From Waddliaceae bacterium (lineage in GTDB: Bacteria; Chlamydiota; Chlamydiia; Chlamydiales; SLFE01): 64,000 nucleotides of DNA. This document shows, one piece after another, positions 27,813 to 38,197 of this stretch; the first letter of the stretch is position 1, and every line of letters begins with the position of its first letter. The stretch is from positions 1 to 64,000 of the forward strand of contig CAWAPJ010000005.1 of NCBI GenBank assembly GCA_963783885.1, given 5' to 3'. The notes beneath the pieces were generated by a model that was not told the DNA's origin, searched no databases, and saw only the letters and a program-made list of their open reading frames with translations. The translations under genes were made by a program, and so were the position numbers.

Positions 27813-28604
27813 ATGAAATTTGAAGAACGTACAAGCTTGGAATTTGAAAATGAAGGGCAAAAGCTTTTTGCTATTCTTCATAGGCCGCTGGATGTCAAAA
27901 ATCCGCCCATAGTGGTGATGTTCCATGGTTTTGGAGGGCACAAGTCAGGCGATTTTCGCGTTTATGTGAAAGAAGCGGAGATGCTGGCAAAGTGCGGCAT
28001 TGCCTCCTTCCGGTTTGATTTCCGCGGATGCGGCGACAGCGAAGGAGATTGGCTTGATATGACGATTGGGCGCGAGGTGTCCGATGCCATAAAAGCTTTG
28101 GATGTTGTCGGCAACCTTTCGGGGATCGACACATCGCGGATGGGGTTTCTGGGAAAATCATTAGGGGGACTGGTTGCTGTTATGGCTGCCAGAAAGTACG
28201 GCCATATCAAATCTATGGCTCTTTGGGCTCCAACCTTCCATGCCGAACAATGGCGGGAGCTTTGGGAGATTGTTCAAAGCCCTGAGACGACCGATGAAAC
28301 AAGAGAGCAGCTCATGAAGTTCGACGGCTTGCATGCCAATGAGCACTTTTTACGGGAATTTTTCGAATTGAAGCTTGAAGATCATCTTATTCATTTGCAT
28401 GAAGTTCCACTGCTTCACATACATGGAGTCAAAGATACCGGAATTACCATCGAGCATGCATACGAGTATGAAAAGCATCGAAAGAAAGCTGCGGCTGAAA
28501 CCAAAATTATCCGTCTTCCAAATACCGACCACGACTTCGCCCATCCCGAAGATCAAGCTTATACTCTCGAAGAAACCTGTAAATGGTTCGCTGAAACCCT
28601 GTGA
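27813..28604 (+). CDS. alpha/beta hydrolase, copy 2 (intact GKSLG)
   Basis: GxSxG, Asp and His motifs; ATG at MKFEERT. Confidence 0.9.
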   Translation: MKFEERTSLEFENEGQKLFAILHRPLDVKNPPIVVMFHGFGGHKSGDFRVYVKEAEMLAKCGIASFRFDFRGCGDSEGDWLDMTIGREVSDAIKALDVVGNLSGIDTSRMGFLGKSLGGLVAVMAARKYGHIKSMALWAPTFHAEQWRELWEIVQSPETTDETREQLMKFDGLHANEHFLREFFELKLEDHLIHLHEVPLLHIHGVKDTGITIEHAYEYEKHRKKAAAETKIIRLPNTDHDFAHPEDQAYTLEETCKWFAETL

Positions 28605-28612
28605 GGTCATCA

Positions 28613-30286
28613 ATGTCATCTTTGCAAAAAGCAAGGCAGAACTATCTGCCTGAAATTCCAAAAATTCTTCAAAATATTGAAAATCTTGAAACTGCCCCCG
28701 ACCGGCTTTTACAGCTAAGCGGTGAGGACGCTGAGGAACTGATCGAGACCTTCCCCAAATCTTTCGAGCAGCCCTTGATTCAATTTCAGTCTAAAACCGG
28801 CATTGACTACAAACCCTTGAAAATTGGCGCTGTTTTTTCTGGGGGACAGGCAGCAGGCGGGCATAATGTTCTCGCGGGGCTTTTTAGAGGACTAAAACAA
28901 TTTCATAAAGAGAGTCGTTTGTATGGTTTTAACGGCGGTCCCAAAGGGCTGATCATTGATGATTACAAGGAGCTGACAGAGGAGTTGATCGGAACCTATA
29001 TCAACCAGGGAGGGTTCGACCTGATCGGTTCCGGACGCGATAAAATCGAGCAGCCCGAGCAGTTTAAAGCTGTCAAAGATGTTGCCCGGCAACTGGGACT
29101 TAATGGGATTGTGATTATTGGCGGCGATGATTCCAATACGAATGCCGCTTTTTTAGCGGAATATTTTTTACAGCAGAATGTCGATTGCCGGGTCATAGGG
29201 GTTCCCAAAACAATCGACGGCGATTTGACCAATGAGTTTGTCGAGATGTCTTTTGGCTTTGACACAGCCTGCAAGACCTATTCAGAAATTATAGGAAACA
29301 TTGCCAGAGATTCGCTTTCAGCGGGTAAATATTATTTCTTTATCAAGCTTATGGGACGTTCCGCGTCCCATATTGCCCTTGAGTGCGCTTTGCAAACCCA
29401 CGCAAATTATACCCTGATCGGTGAAGAGGTTCAAAAAGAAGAGAAGTCTCTTGAAGAGATTGTCAGCGATATTGCCGATTTGATTTGCGAAAGGGCGGAA
29501 AAAGGGAAAAATTACGGCGTGATCCTCATACCGGAGGGGATTGTTGAATTTATTCCTGAAATTAAGAATTTGATCACAGAATTGAATAAGCTTCTCTCGT
29601 CAAAAGAAATTATGCAGAAAATGAATGACGTTTCTTCAGTTCATGCAAAAACCGAGTTGATCACCCACCGTTTGAGTGAAAGCGCCGAGCATTGTTTCAA
29701 AAATCTACCGGAAAATATTCAGGCCCAACTTCTCAAAGAGCGCGATCCCCACGGCAATGTCCAAGTCTCAAAAATTGAAAGCGAGCGCCTTTTAATCCAA
29801 ATGGTTAAGGTCGAATTGAAAAAACGAGGCGAGGGATATAAAGGGAAATTCAGCGCTCAGCCCTACTTTTGCGGCTATGAAGGACGCTCGTGTTTTCCTT
29901 CCAACTTCGATGCCAGCTATTGCTTTTCCCTTGGTTTAGTGGCGGCTCTTCTGATCGCCCGGAAGAAAACAGGCTATATGGCCGGCATTCAAAATTTAAG
30001 CGAGCCGCCCGCTCAGTGGATCCCTTTGGGAATTCCGCTGGTTCCTTTAATGCATAGCGAAATGCGCAAGGGGCAGAATAAGCTCGTCGTCAAAAAAAGC
30101 CTCGTAGATTTGAACGGTCCTGTCTTTCGCGAGTTTGCAAAATACCGCAGGCAGTGGCGTCTTGGCGACGACTATCGCTATCCGGGGCCGATTCAATTTT
30201 TCGGCCCTGAAGATATTTGTCATGCGACGACCCATACGGTTAAGATTTGTGGCAAGCGACAAAGTGCTCCAAGCCGCATTCTTTGA
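28613..30286 (+). CDS. pfp: pyrophosphate--fructose-6-phosphate 1-phosphotransferase
   Basis: SGGQAAGGHNV, GGDDSNTNA, PKTIDGDL, LMGRSASH, GYEGR. Confidence 0.95.
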   Translation: MSSLQKARQNYLPEIPKILQNIENLETAPDRLLQLSGEDAEELIETFPKSFEQPLIQFQSKTGIDYKPLKIGAVFSGGQAAGGHNVLAGLFRGLKQFHKESRLYGFNGGPKGLIIDDYKELTEELIGTYINQGGFDLIGSGRDKIEQPEQFKAVKDVARQLGLNGIVIIGGDDSNTNAAFLAEYFLQQNVDCRVIGVPKTIDGDLTNEFVEMSFGFDTACKTYSEIIGNIARDSLSAGKYYFFIKLMGRSASHIALECALQTHANYTLIGEEVQKEEKSLEEIVSDIADLICERAEKGKNYGVILIPEGIVEFIPEIKNLITELNKLLSSKEIMQKMNDVSSVHAKTELITHRLSESAEHCFKNLPENIQAQLLKERDPHGNVQVSKIESERLLIQMVKVELKKRGEGYKGKFSAQPYFCGYEGRSCFPSNFDASYCFSLGLVAALLIARKKTGYMAGIQNLSEPPAQWIPLGIPLVPLMHSEMRKGQNKLVVKKSLVDLNGPVFREFAKYRRQWRLGDDYRYPGPIQFFGPEDICHATTHTVKICGKRQSAPSRIL

Positions 30287-31148
30287 TTTCCGGTTTAATT
30301 TCCCAGCAGATCGCTTCAGAATAAGCGCAATGATCGCAAAAGGGGCATCCTTTGTCGCGGTGCTTGTCGTCGATTGCAAAATTCGAAGGGATAAAACTTA
30401 GCTGCCGCACCTTTTCAGCGGGCTTTAACGAGTCTAAAAGCTCTTTTGTATAGGGGTGCTTAGGATCGGAAAAGATGACTTCGGTCGGCGCGACTTCAAC
30501 TAGCCTTCCCGCTTGCAGCACTGCGACACGGTCGGTTAAGTATTTGACGACAGAAAGATCGTGAGAGATGAAGAGATAGGTTAGATTCAATTTTTTCTGC
30601 AGGTTTTTTAACAGATTGATGATTTGGGCCTGGACAGAGGCGTCTAGCGCAGATACGGCTTCGTCAAAAACAATAAACTCCGGCTCTGCGGCAATGGCCC
30701 TGGCTATAGCGACACGCTGCTTCTGGCCGCCGCTTAGCTGATCCGGGTAGCTTGCAAGCAGCTGACGGCTCAATCCAACCATATCGGCAAGCTCGTGGAC
30801 GCGGGCGGTGATTTTCTCCGGCGGGCAAAGGCGATGCACGATGAGGGGTTCGGAGATCAGTTCCCAGGTTGTCATTTTCGGGTTGAGGGAATTATGAGGA
30901 TTTTGAAAGACCATCTGCATTTTTTTTCGCGGTACGGAAGCTGCTGGTTGATTGTTGTAAATAATGCTGCCCGCGGTCGGGGAAATTAAATTAAGAAGAA
31001 GCTTGCCCAGGGTTGTCTTTCCCGAACCGCTGGCCCCTACCAATCCTAAAATTTCCCCCTGAAATATATTGAGATTCAGGTCGAAAAGAGCGTAAAAGGG
31101 CTTTCGATTCAGGTTAAAAGTTTTTGACAGGTGTTGTATTTGTAACAT
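30240..31148 (-). CDS. oppF: oligopeptide ABC transporter ATPase
   Basis: GASGSGKT, LSGGQKQR, DEAVSALD, PKHPYT, C-terminal Cys motif. Confidence 0.88.
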   Translation of the reverse strand: MLQIQHLSKTFNLNRKPFYALFDLNLNIFQGEILGLVGASGSGKTTLGKLLLNLISPTAGSIIYNNQPAASVPRKKMQMVFQNPHNSLNPKMTTWELISEPLIVHRLCPPEKITARVHELADMVGLSRQLLASYPDQLSGGQKQRVAIARAIAAEPEFIVFDEAVSALDASVQAQIINLLKNLQKKLNLTYLFISHDLSVVKYLTDRVAVLQAGRLVEVAPTEVIFSDPKHPYTKELLDSLKPAEKVRQLSFIPSNFAIDDKHRDKGCPFCDHCAYSEAICWEIKPEIKECGLEHFVACHKS

Positions 31149-32085
31149 ATTTCCAACAAGGGGTTAAAAGACTTTGATCTTTGGACGGATCTTTTTCCAG
31201 GCATATTCTCATAGCGGCGGAGCATCGCGGGTGGAATGCACAGCCGGAAGGGGTATTGAAGGGGTTTGGGGGTGATCCCTGAATCACTTGCAGGGGAGCA
31301 TTGCGGCTGATTGAAAGGTTCGGTATAGAGTGGAGGAGAGCCCGGGTATAAGGATGCTTTGGCGAGGTGAATAAATCTTTGGTGTTGTTGTACTCGACAA
31401 TTTGTCCGGCGTACATAACATAGACTCGATCGCAAATTTTAGAAATGAGGTTTAAATTGTGAGAGATAAACAATAAGCTCATATCCAGATTTTTGAGAAG
31501 TTGAAGCACCTGCGACTCTGTTGTGACATCAAGAGATGTTGTCGGCTCATCGGCAATAAGAAGTTCGGGATTGCAGCAAGTGGCTATGGCAAACATGATT
31601 CTTTGACGGATGCCGCCGCTCAGTTGAAAAGGAAACTGTTCCACTCGTTCAACCGGGTGGTTGATTCCTAAGTTAAAGAGTAATTCGACGGCTCTTGTGT
31701 AGGCATCTTCTTTAGATAGCTTTAGATGTTTACGCATCCCTTCGATGATTTGGTCTCCGATAGTCATTGTAGGGTTGAGCGATGCTTCAGAGTCTTGAAA
31801 GATCAGTCCTATTTTTGCTCCGCGAATTCGTTCCATTTCTTTGGAACTCTTTGCCATGAGGTTTTCTCCATTAAAAAGAATATTGCCATTGACTTCTGCT
31901 GTTTCATCATTTGAGAAAAGTTGGAGGATTGCCTGGGCCATCGTGCTTTTGCCGCTTCCCGATTCTCCGACAAGCCCCACGATTTCGCCCTGTTCAATGA
32001 AAAGGGAAACATTTCTGACGGCATGCTGCACGCCGCTTTGTGTCGTGAAGCTTACGTTAAGATTTTGTATCTCGAGCAAACTCAT
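31114..32085 (-). CDS. oppD: oligopeptide ABC transporter ATPase
   Basis: GESGSGKS, LSGGIRQR, ADEPTTSLD, GCAFHPRC. Confidence 0.9.
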   Translation of the reverse strand: MSLLEIQNLNVSFTTQSGVQHAVRNVSLFIEQGEIVGLVGESGSGKSTMAQAILQLFSNDETAEVNGNILFNGENLMAKSSKEMERIRGAKIGLIFQDSEASLNPTMTIGDQIIEGMRKHLKLSKEDAYTRAVELLFNLGINHPVERVEQFPFQLSGGIRQRIMFAIATCCNPELLIADEPTTSLDVTTESQVLQLLKNLDMSLLFISHNLNLISKICDRVYVMYAGQIVEYNNTKDLFTSPKHPYTRALLHSIPNLSISRNAPLQVIQGSPPNPFNTPSGCAFHPRCSAAMRICLEKDPSKDQSLLTPCWKYVTNTTPVKNF

Positions 32086-32978
32086 CTTAAAACCTTCTGC
32101 AAAGCGTCGCCGATAAAATTAAAACAAATAATCGTCAGGCTCATCAAGGCCGCGGGAAAAAACATTCTCCATGGGTAATAGATCATGGCGGGCAGTGCTT
32201 CGTGTGCCATTGTTCCCCAACTTGCATGAGGGGCTTGAACACCAAGACCGACAAAACTTAAAAAAGCTTCGATAAAGATGACTTTTGGTATGTTCATCGT
32301 TGCCGCCACAACAATGGGACCCATGGCATTGGGTATCAGATATTTTGTCAATAGCCTTGGGTAGCTGAGGCCCAGAGCAATTCCGGAAAGAATATAATCC
32401 TGCTGCCTGATGGCCAGCACTTCGCCCCGCACAATCCTCGCCATAGGAACCCATCCGATCAATGCGATTGCGATAATGATCGGCATCAACCCCGTTCCGA
32501 TGGCAAGAGTCAGGACCATAACAACAAGCAGTTTCGGCAGGGAAAACAAAATATCGCAGATGCGCATGCCAACCTGATCGAAAAAACCTCCTAAAAAAGC
32601 CGATGTCGCTCCCCAGGTAACTCCGATAATCAAGTCGATAAACGCCGCTGTAAATCCGATAAAAAGCGATATGCGCGCGCCATACCAGACACGGGTGAAA
32701 ATGTCTCTGCCCAAATCATCTGAACCGAACCAGAAATTCCAGGAAGGAGCCTGGTTTCTTAAAGGGAGGTTGGCCTGATCGAATTGGTGTCCGCTGATGT
32801 AGGGGCAGATGATAGCACCAATGACAATAAGCAGTAAAATAACGGCGCAAACGACAGCAAGCCGCTCCCTAAGGAATCGGTTCCAGACGGTTAGCTTTTG
32901 CCTCGGCGCCGGCTGCAGAGCCTCCATAGGGGCAAGGGGTTCGAAAAGCTCGGGATTTACGTTATATATATTCTGCAT
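32082..32978 (-). CDS. oppC: oligopeptide ABC transporter permease
   Basis: FGSDDLGRDIFTRV.YGARISL, EAFLSFVGLG, FNFIGDAL. Confidence 0.9.
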   Translation of the reverse strand: MQNIYNVNPELFEPLAPMEALQPAPRQKLTVWNRFLRERLAVVCAVILLLIVIGAIICPYISGHQFDQANLPLRNQAPSWNFWFGSDDLGRDIFTRVWYGARISLFIGFTAAFIDLIIGVTWGATSAFLGGFFDQVGMRICDILFSLPKLLVVMVLTLAIGTGLMPIIIAIALIGWVPMARIVRGEVLAIRQQDYILSGIALGLSYPRLLTKYLIPNAMGPIVVAATMNIPKVIFIEAFLSFVGLGVQAPHASWGTMAHEALPAMIYYPWRMFFPAALMSLTIICFNFIGDALQKVLR

Positions 32979-33897
32979 TTCCGCTCTCTTGAATTCTTGG
33001 GTCCAAAGTACAGTAAATGAGGTCGGCCAAAAATGTTAGAAACAAAAGAATCGCGCTATAAAAAATGGTCGTCCCCATGATAACGGGATAATCCCTGTTC
33101 ATAATGCTGGAGACATACCATTGGCCGAGACCGGGTATGCCGAATATTTTTTCAACAATAAAACTTCCTGTCAAAATAGCTGTTGTAAATTGGCTTAAAT
33201 AACTAATGACGGGGGTTAGGGAATTCGGGAGGGCGTGATAGAGCAAAACTTCTTTTGCCGACAGCCCTTTTGCTCTGGCATTTTTGATGTAAGGCATTTT
33301 AAGAGCGCTTGTCAAGTTGGTTCGAACAAGGCGGGCAATATAGGCCAGCGGCAGGGCTGCAAGAGCGATAGAAGGGAGCACTGTATGTTCCCAAGCGCCC
33401 CAGCGGGCGATAGGCAGCCAGCCCAAGTGAATGCCGAAAATATATTGAAGCAGGCTGGCCAGGATGAAACTGGGAATGGAAATGCCGACTATTCCGATAA
33501 GGGTCAATGTTTTCTGGGGCCAGTGCTTATTAAAAAGAGCGGAAATGGTTCCAAAAAAAATACCCCCTCCAAGTGATAGAAGAAGGGCTTGGGTTCCTAA
33601 AACGGCCGAGACTGGGAAACCGGCTTTGATAATGTCGCCGACAGAACGGGTAGGATAAACGATAGAGGAGCCAAAATCCAGTGTCGCAAGAGAGACAATG
33701 TATTGCCAATATTGTTCAAGAATAGGCCTGTCAAGTCCATAGTGATGACGGAGATTGTTGATCACTTCGCGAGGGAGGGCTTTTTCATCGCTGAAAGGGT
33801 TCCCGGGCAATAATTTCATCATGACAAATGTCAGGGTAACCATGACAAGCAATGATAAAACAGCGTAAATCAATTTTTTTAATATATAGCGAATCAT
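32962..33897 (-). CDS. oppB: oligopeptide ABC transporter permease
   Basis: LPGNP, ARAKGL, VEKIFGIPGLG, DYPVI, LDPRI. Confidence 0.92.
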   Translation of the reverse strand: MIRYILKKLIYAVLSLLVMVTLTFVMMKLLPGNPFSDEKALPREVINNLRHHYGLDRPILEQYWQYIVSLATLDFGSSIVYPTRSVGDIIKAGFPVSAVLGTQALLLSLGGGIFFGTISALFNKHWPQKTLTLIGIVGISIPSFILASLLQYIFGIHLGWLPIARWGAWEHTVLPSIALAALPLAYIARLVRTNLTSALKMPYIKNARAKGLSAKEVLLYHALPNSLTPVISYLSQFTTAILTGSFIVEKIFGIPGLGQWYVSSIMNRDYPVIMGTTIFYSAILLFLTFLADLIYCTLDPRIQESGNAEYI

Positions 33898-35522
33898 AAA
33901 CCTTCTTGGTGCGTGGTCAAGATTTCGTCATCATTGCTAAATGATGCCCATTTAAAATCGATGGACCCCAACTGGTTAATCACATAATTGTGCAACTCGG
34001 GATGTTTCACATAGCTGATCGTCAGATAATAGATAGGGGCAATAGGCATATCTCTTGTGAGAATTTCCTCTGCTTCCGCCAGGTAGAAATATCGCTGCTC
34101 TACATTCGTTTCTCCCGAGGCCCTTTTGATATATTCATTAAATGTCGAATGGACCCATCCCGAGCTGTGCATCGGGTGTTTGTAGTCTTGGAACATTTCG
34201 AGAAAGTGAATGGGATCGGAGGAAATTCCTTTCCACGCCAGCCTGGCAATATCGAAGTTTCCGGCCTGTATTTCACTTAAGTGGGCTTTCCAATCCTGGC
34301 TTCTCAGCTTGACGTCGATTCCGAAGACTTCTTTCCACCTGTGTTGAATTGTCTGGGCGATCGCATGATGCATTTCGCTTTTATTATAGCTGAGAATAAG
34401 CGTTTGCAGCTGTTCTTTTTCCACACCTGCCTCTTTGAGACCTTCGTTGAAGAGTTTCTTTGCCTGTTCGATATCAAATGAGTCGGCAAAGTGGTCTCGG
34501 ACATTGATTTGATCTGGAACGAAACGAAGGGCGGGAACTTCGCTGCCCTGGGAAATGTGCCTGACAATTTCATCCCGAGGTATCATGTAGGTTAAGGCTC
34601 TACGGATTTTACGGTTATTGAGGGGAGGGCGTCTAGTGTTGAAACTGTAGAAGTAGGTTCCGAGAAACGGGTGGGTTTTCAGCTGCCCCTTCGTCCGCAG
34701 TTTGGGAAACGCATCCGACGGCAGCCCTTGAGACAAGGGGGCGCCTGCCCAATCGAGCAGCCCCTTATCAAAAAGTTGCAGCTCGGTGTTCATATCCTGA
34801 ACAAAGGATATAACAATTTGATTCAGCTTGACTTTCTCCAAGTCCCAATAGCGGAGATTTTTAACGAGAACCATTTCCTGTCCGGGCCGCCAGTCTTTCA
34901 CATAAAAGGGGCCGTTTCCTATACATTTGCCTTTTTCAAAACAATCCGGGTGCAGATGATTGACCGGATAAAAGTTAAAGACCGAAGTGAGTTCAAGGAA
35001 AAATGGTATGGGTTTTTCGAGCTCCACAACCAACGTATCGGTATCTCTTGCAAAGACCCCTATTTGCGAAATTGGAGCCCTGCCCTCATTGGCGGCTTCT
35101 CCATTTTTGAGGCAGTAAAGGTGGCTGGCCATAGGAGCTGGGTTATTTGGATTCAGCGTCCATTTCCAGGCGTATTCGAAGTCATAGGCCGTTACCGGGT
35201 CGCCATTGGACCAAAGAGTGTGTTTGAGATGGAATATATAGACCAGGCCATCGTCGGAAATTTCCACGTCTTCTGCTGCGGACGGAGTCAGTTTCCCGTT
35301 TGGATCGAATCGCATGAGGCCGTCATAGAGCATTGGGAGAATATTGGCATATATTGAATAATTGCCAATTCTCGGGTCGAGGGTAGGGGGTTCAGCGAAA
35401 AAATTGAGTCTTAAGACCTGTTTTTCACTTGTTTGGCTATCACTTCGGCATCCAATGAGTCCGCCGGCTATGATGAGCAGCGCCAGAGTAAGCTTTAAAT
35501 AACTCATAACACCTTTGTTCAT
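33894..35522 (-). CDS. oppA: oligopeptide ABC transporter substrate-binding lipoprotein
   Basis: lipobox LIGC, EPPTLDP, WSNGDPVTAYDF, NGPF. Confidence 0.9.
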   Translation of the reverse strand: MNKGVMSYLKLTLALLIIAGGLIGCRSDSQTSEKQVLRLNFFAEPPTLDPRIGNYSIYANILPMLYDGLMRFDPNGKLTPSAAEDVEISDDGLVYIFHLKHTLWSNGDPVTAYDFEYAWKWTLNPNNPAPMASHLYCLKNGEAANEGRAPISQIGVFARDTDTLVVELEKPIPFFLELTSVFNFYPVNHLHPDCFEKGKCIGNGPFYVKDWRPGQEMVLVKNLRYWDLEKVKLNQIVISFVQDMNTELQLFDKGLLDWAGAPLSQGLPSDAFPKLRTKGQLKTHPFLGTYFYSFNTRRPPLNNRKIRRALTYMIPRDEIVRHISQGSEVPALRFVPDQINVRDHFADSFDIEQAKKLFNEGLKEAGVEKEQLQTLILSYNKSEMHHAIAQTIQHRWKEVFGIDVKLRSQDWKAHLSEIQAGNFDIARLAWKGISSDPIHFLEMFQDYKHPMHSSGWVHSTFNEYIKRASGETNVEQRYFYLAEAEEILTRDMPIAPIYYLTISYVKHPELHNYVINQLGSIDFKWASFSNDDEILTTHQEGL

Positions 35523-35662
35523 CGATACGTGCTAATAATCAAAACATATGGTGGCAAATCCTGTCAAATCAAACCTTAAGAGACGGATTTTTAAACGATT
35601 AAAAAAACGCTCCCATAAAATGTATATAAATTATTATTATGTGTAATTGAAAGGCGGTATCT

Positions 35663-36301
35663 ATGGATGATAAGAAGCTCAAAATCTTAGGCGTAGGGAT
35701 TATCGGATTCTTATTACTATTCTTTCTTTTATGGATCGGCAAGTCTCAACTGGAAGATAGTTATAAAACTTTACCCGGAAATGTCGGTTCCAAAAAACAA
35801 GAAAATGATTATAGCAAATGGAAGGAATACACATCTCAAAACGATTACTTTCGCGCTTATTTTCCTCATCTTCCGGAATATGATACCAAAAAGGTAAGGG
35901 TATCGGATAAAAAAGATATCGATGGAGCTCTCGATGTTTTTATTTCACGGCTCCAGAATGGGACGCTATTGATGGTTCGAGTAATGCGCTACCCCAAAAA
36001 TTATCTGGTTCCGGATATTGGAAAGGCCCTAAAAGAAACAATGGATGATTTGCTCAATGCCAATAATCAAAATATTTTAAGGAATATGTCGCAATCGAGC
36101 TTTCAGAATCACCAATCAATAAATTTTTCTATTCAAAATCCCAGTGCCCGCATAGACGGCACATCCTTTTTTGCCAATAACTCGGTCTACAGTTTAATTT
36201 ATGCATCAAATCCGAGTACATTCGAAAGGAGTGTTTTTGATCATTTCTTAAGCGAATTTGTGTTGACAACAGATTTCAAATCGCCTCCGCAGCCCCTTTA
36301 A
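35663..36301 (+). CDS. hypothetical membrane-anchored protein
   Basis: 212-aa ORF with one N-terminal TM segment. Confidence 0.7.
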   Translation: MDDKKLKILGVGIIGFLLLFFLLWIGKSQLEDSYKTLPGNVGSKKQENDYSKWKEYTSQNDYFRAYFPHLPEYDTKKVRVSDKKDIDGALDVFISRLQNGTLLMVRVMRYPKNYLVPDIGKALKETMDDLLNANNQNILRNMSQSSFQNHQSINFSIQNPSARIDGTSFFANNSVYSLIYASNPSTFERSVFDHFLSEFVLTTDFKSPPQPL

Positions 36302-36506
36302 CCTCTGATACGAAGTATTCTTTGGAGTATTTGCTGCTCCAAATCCTGAAAAAAAAATGGTTTAATCAAAACATTTAGATCTCAAGTTGTGTCGCTTGAC
36401 AGATTTTTTAGAAGGCCCATCTAAGAACTTGCGCTCCTCGCCCTGTCAATTCATATCGAGACCTTCTAAAAAAACGGCAGACGAGATTAGGGGACAATCA
36501 GGGGTT
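36301..36506. repeat. MITE-like intergenic element
   Basis: 36465-36506 (reverse complement) matches 63331-63373 at about 40/43; internal IR TTTTTTAGAAGG/CCTTCTAAAAAA. Confidence 0.6.
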
Positions 36507-36510
36507 TAAC

Positions 36511-36996
36511 CTAATTGGCTTCGAAACCGTCTTTCATGTTTTCTAATACGTTCATGATAGCGTCGTCGATTTCAGTCATGTCGTATTCTTGCATAAGGGC
36601 GGTCATTTCCATGGCGGCATCGGCGAAGTAGGAGCCGCGCGCGACCCTTTCCTTCGCCTGCTTTTCGGTATCGACAGTGAGGATGCCGTTAATGACCGGG
36701 ATATCCGAATCCAACGCTATATCGGACAGGCAGCGGGCCGATTCCTGGCACACAATATCATAGTGGGAAGTATCGCCTCGAATAACGGCTCCCAGACAAA
36801 TGACGGCATCACAAAACAGCGTTAGTTGTTTGGCTATGATGGGAATTTCCAGCGTTCCCGGAACTTCCACGATTTCAATCTGTTCCTCATAGACTTCATG
36901 TTCTTCAAGACGGTTTACGGTTTCATTTAACAATGCGCCTGTAATGTCTTCATGATAAGAGCTGACAATGATTCCGATTTTAAGTTCTTTTTCCAT
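36511..36996 (-). CDS. ribH: 6,7-dimethyl-8-ribityllumazine synthase
   Basis: VPGTLEIP, CLGAVIRGDTSHYD, PVINGILT. Confidence 0.93.
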   Translation of the reverse strand: MEKELKIGIIVSSYHEDITGALLNETVNRLEEHEVYEEQIEIVEVPGTLEIPIIAKQLTLFCDAVICLGAVIRGDTSHYDIVCQESARCLSDIALDSDIPVINGILTVDTEKQAKERVARGSYFADAAMEMTALMQEYDMTEIDDAIMNVLENMKDGFEAN

Positions 36997-38196
36997 TTAT
37001 TTAATCTCCAGTAAATGTCCCAATTTTTCTTTTTTTGTTTTCAGGTATTTTTGGCATTCAACAGGCGCTTCGGGAATGAGAGGGACCCTTTCGACAATCT
37101 TAAGTCCGAACCCGTCGATCCCACCATACTTTGCGGGATTGTTGGTCAGGAGCCTAAGCGTGGTAACACCGAGACTTGAGAGGATTTGAGCGCCAATGCC
37201 ATATTCTCTTGAATCTACAGGGAGGCCGAGTTTTTCATTAGCCTCGACTGTATCGAGTCCTGTGTCCTGCAATCCGTAAGCACGCAGTTTATGGCCGAGG
37301 CCAATGCCCCTTCCCTCGTGTCCGCGAAGGTAGACGACAACGCCCGCTCCTTCTTTGGCAATCAGCCTTAAAGCCTCTTTAAGCTGGAGTCCGCACTCGC
37401 ATCTCAAGGAGCCGAAGACATCGCCTGTCAGGCACTCCGAATGGACGCGGACGAGAACATTGTCCTGGCCCTTCAGAGTTCCCTTCACCAGGGCCATATG
37501 CTCGATATGGTCAAGCTTGGATCGAAAGACATAGGCGGTAAACGGACCGAATTCCGTAGGGATAACTGCGTTTGATACGCTTTCAACCAGGTGTTCGTGT
37601 TCTCTGCGGTACCTGATAATGTCGGCAACCGACAGGAGGGGAATGTTGTGGGTTTCGGAAAAACTCTTCAGGTCTTGGGTGCGCGTCATTGTGCCGTCGG
37701 GATTGACAATTTCGGAAATGGCAGCCACAGGACTCATCCCGGCAAGTTCGAGCAAATCGATCGACGCTTCGGTATGTCCTGCTCGTTTGAGTACCCCTCC
37801 TTTTTTGTATTGGAGAGGGAAGACATGTCCGGGCCTGGTAAAGTCGCTTAGGCATGTTTGGGGATGGGCCAGGGCGCGAATGGTTTTTGCCCTATCCTGG
37901 GCGGAAATCCCAGTAGTCGTCCCTATTTTATAGTCAACGCTTACTGTGAATGCTGTCCTGTTGGGGTCGGTGTTATTCTGGACCATTTGCGGGATATTCA
38001 GTTGATTTAGCCTCTCTTCGGTCATGGGGACACAAATAACCCCTCCGGTATGTTTGAGGAAAAAGACGACATGTTCTGCCGTGACCTTTTCCGCAGCAAC
38101 GACGAGGTCGCCTTCGTTTTCCCGGTCTTTGTCATCGGCAATAATGACGAATTGCCCGCTTTTTAGGGCCTGAATTGCGTCTTGGATTGAAGACAT
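36997..38196 (-). CDS. ribBA: bifunctional DHBP synthase / GTP cyclohydrolase II
   Basis: DRENEGD, RPGHVFP, RAGHTEA, RVHSECLTGDVFGSLRCECG, EGRGIGL. Confidence 0.96.
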   Translation of the reverse strand: MSSIQDAIQALKSGQFVIIADDKDRENEGDLVVAAEKVTAEHVVFFLKHTGGVICVPMTEERLNQLNIPQMVQNNTDPNRTAFTVSVDYKIGTTTGISAQDRAKTIRALAHPQTCLSDFTRPGHVFPLQYKKGGVLKRAGHTEASIDLLELAGMSPVAAISEIVNPDGTMTRTQDLKSFSETHNIPLLSVADIIRYRREHEHLVESVSNAVIPTEFGPFTAYVFRSKLDHIEHMALVKGTLKGQDNVLVRVHSECLTGDVFGSLRCECGLQLKEALRLIAKEGAGVVVYLRGHEGRGIGLGHKLRAYGLQDTGLDTVEANEKLGLPVDSREYGIGAQILSSLGVTTLRLLTNNPAKYGGIDGFGLKIVERVPLIPEAPVECQKYLKTKKEKLGHLLEIK

Positions 38197-38197
38197 C

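Larger units (their letters stand above)
27571..28901 (+). repeat. 1331-bp direct repeat, copy 2
   Basis: matches 24714-26044. Confidence 0.95.
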
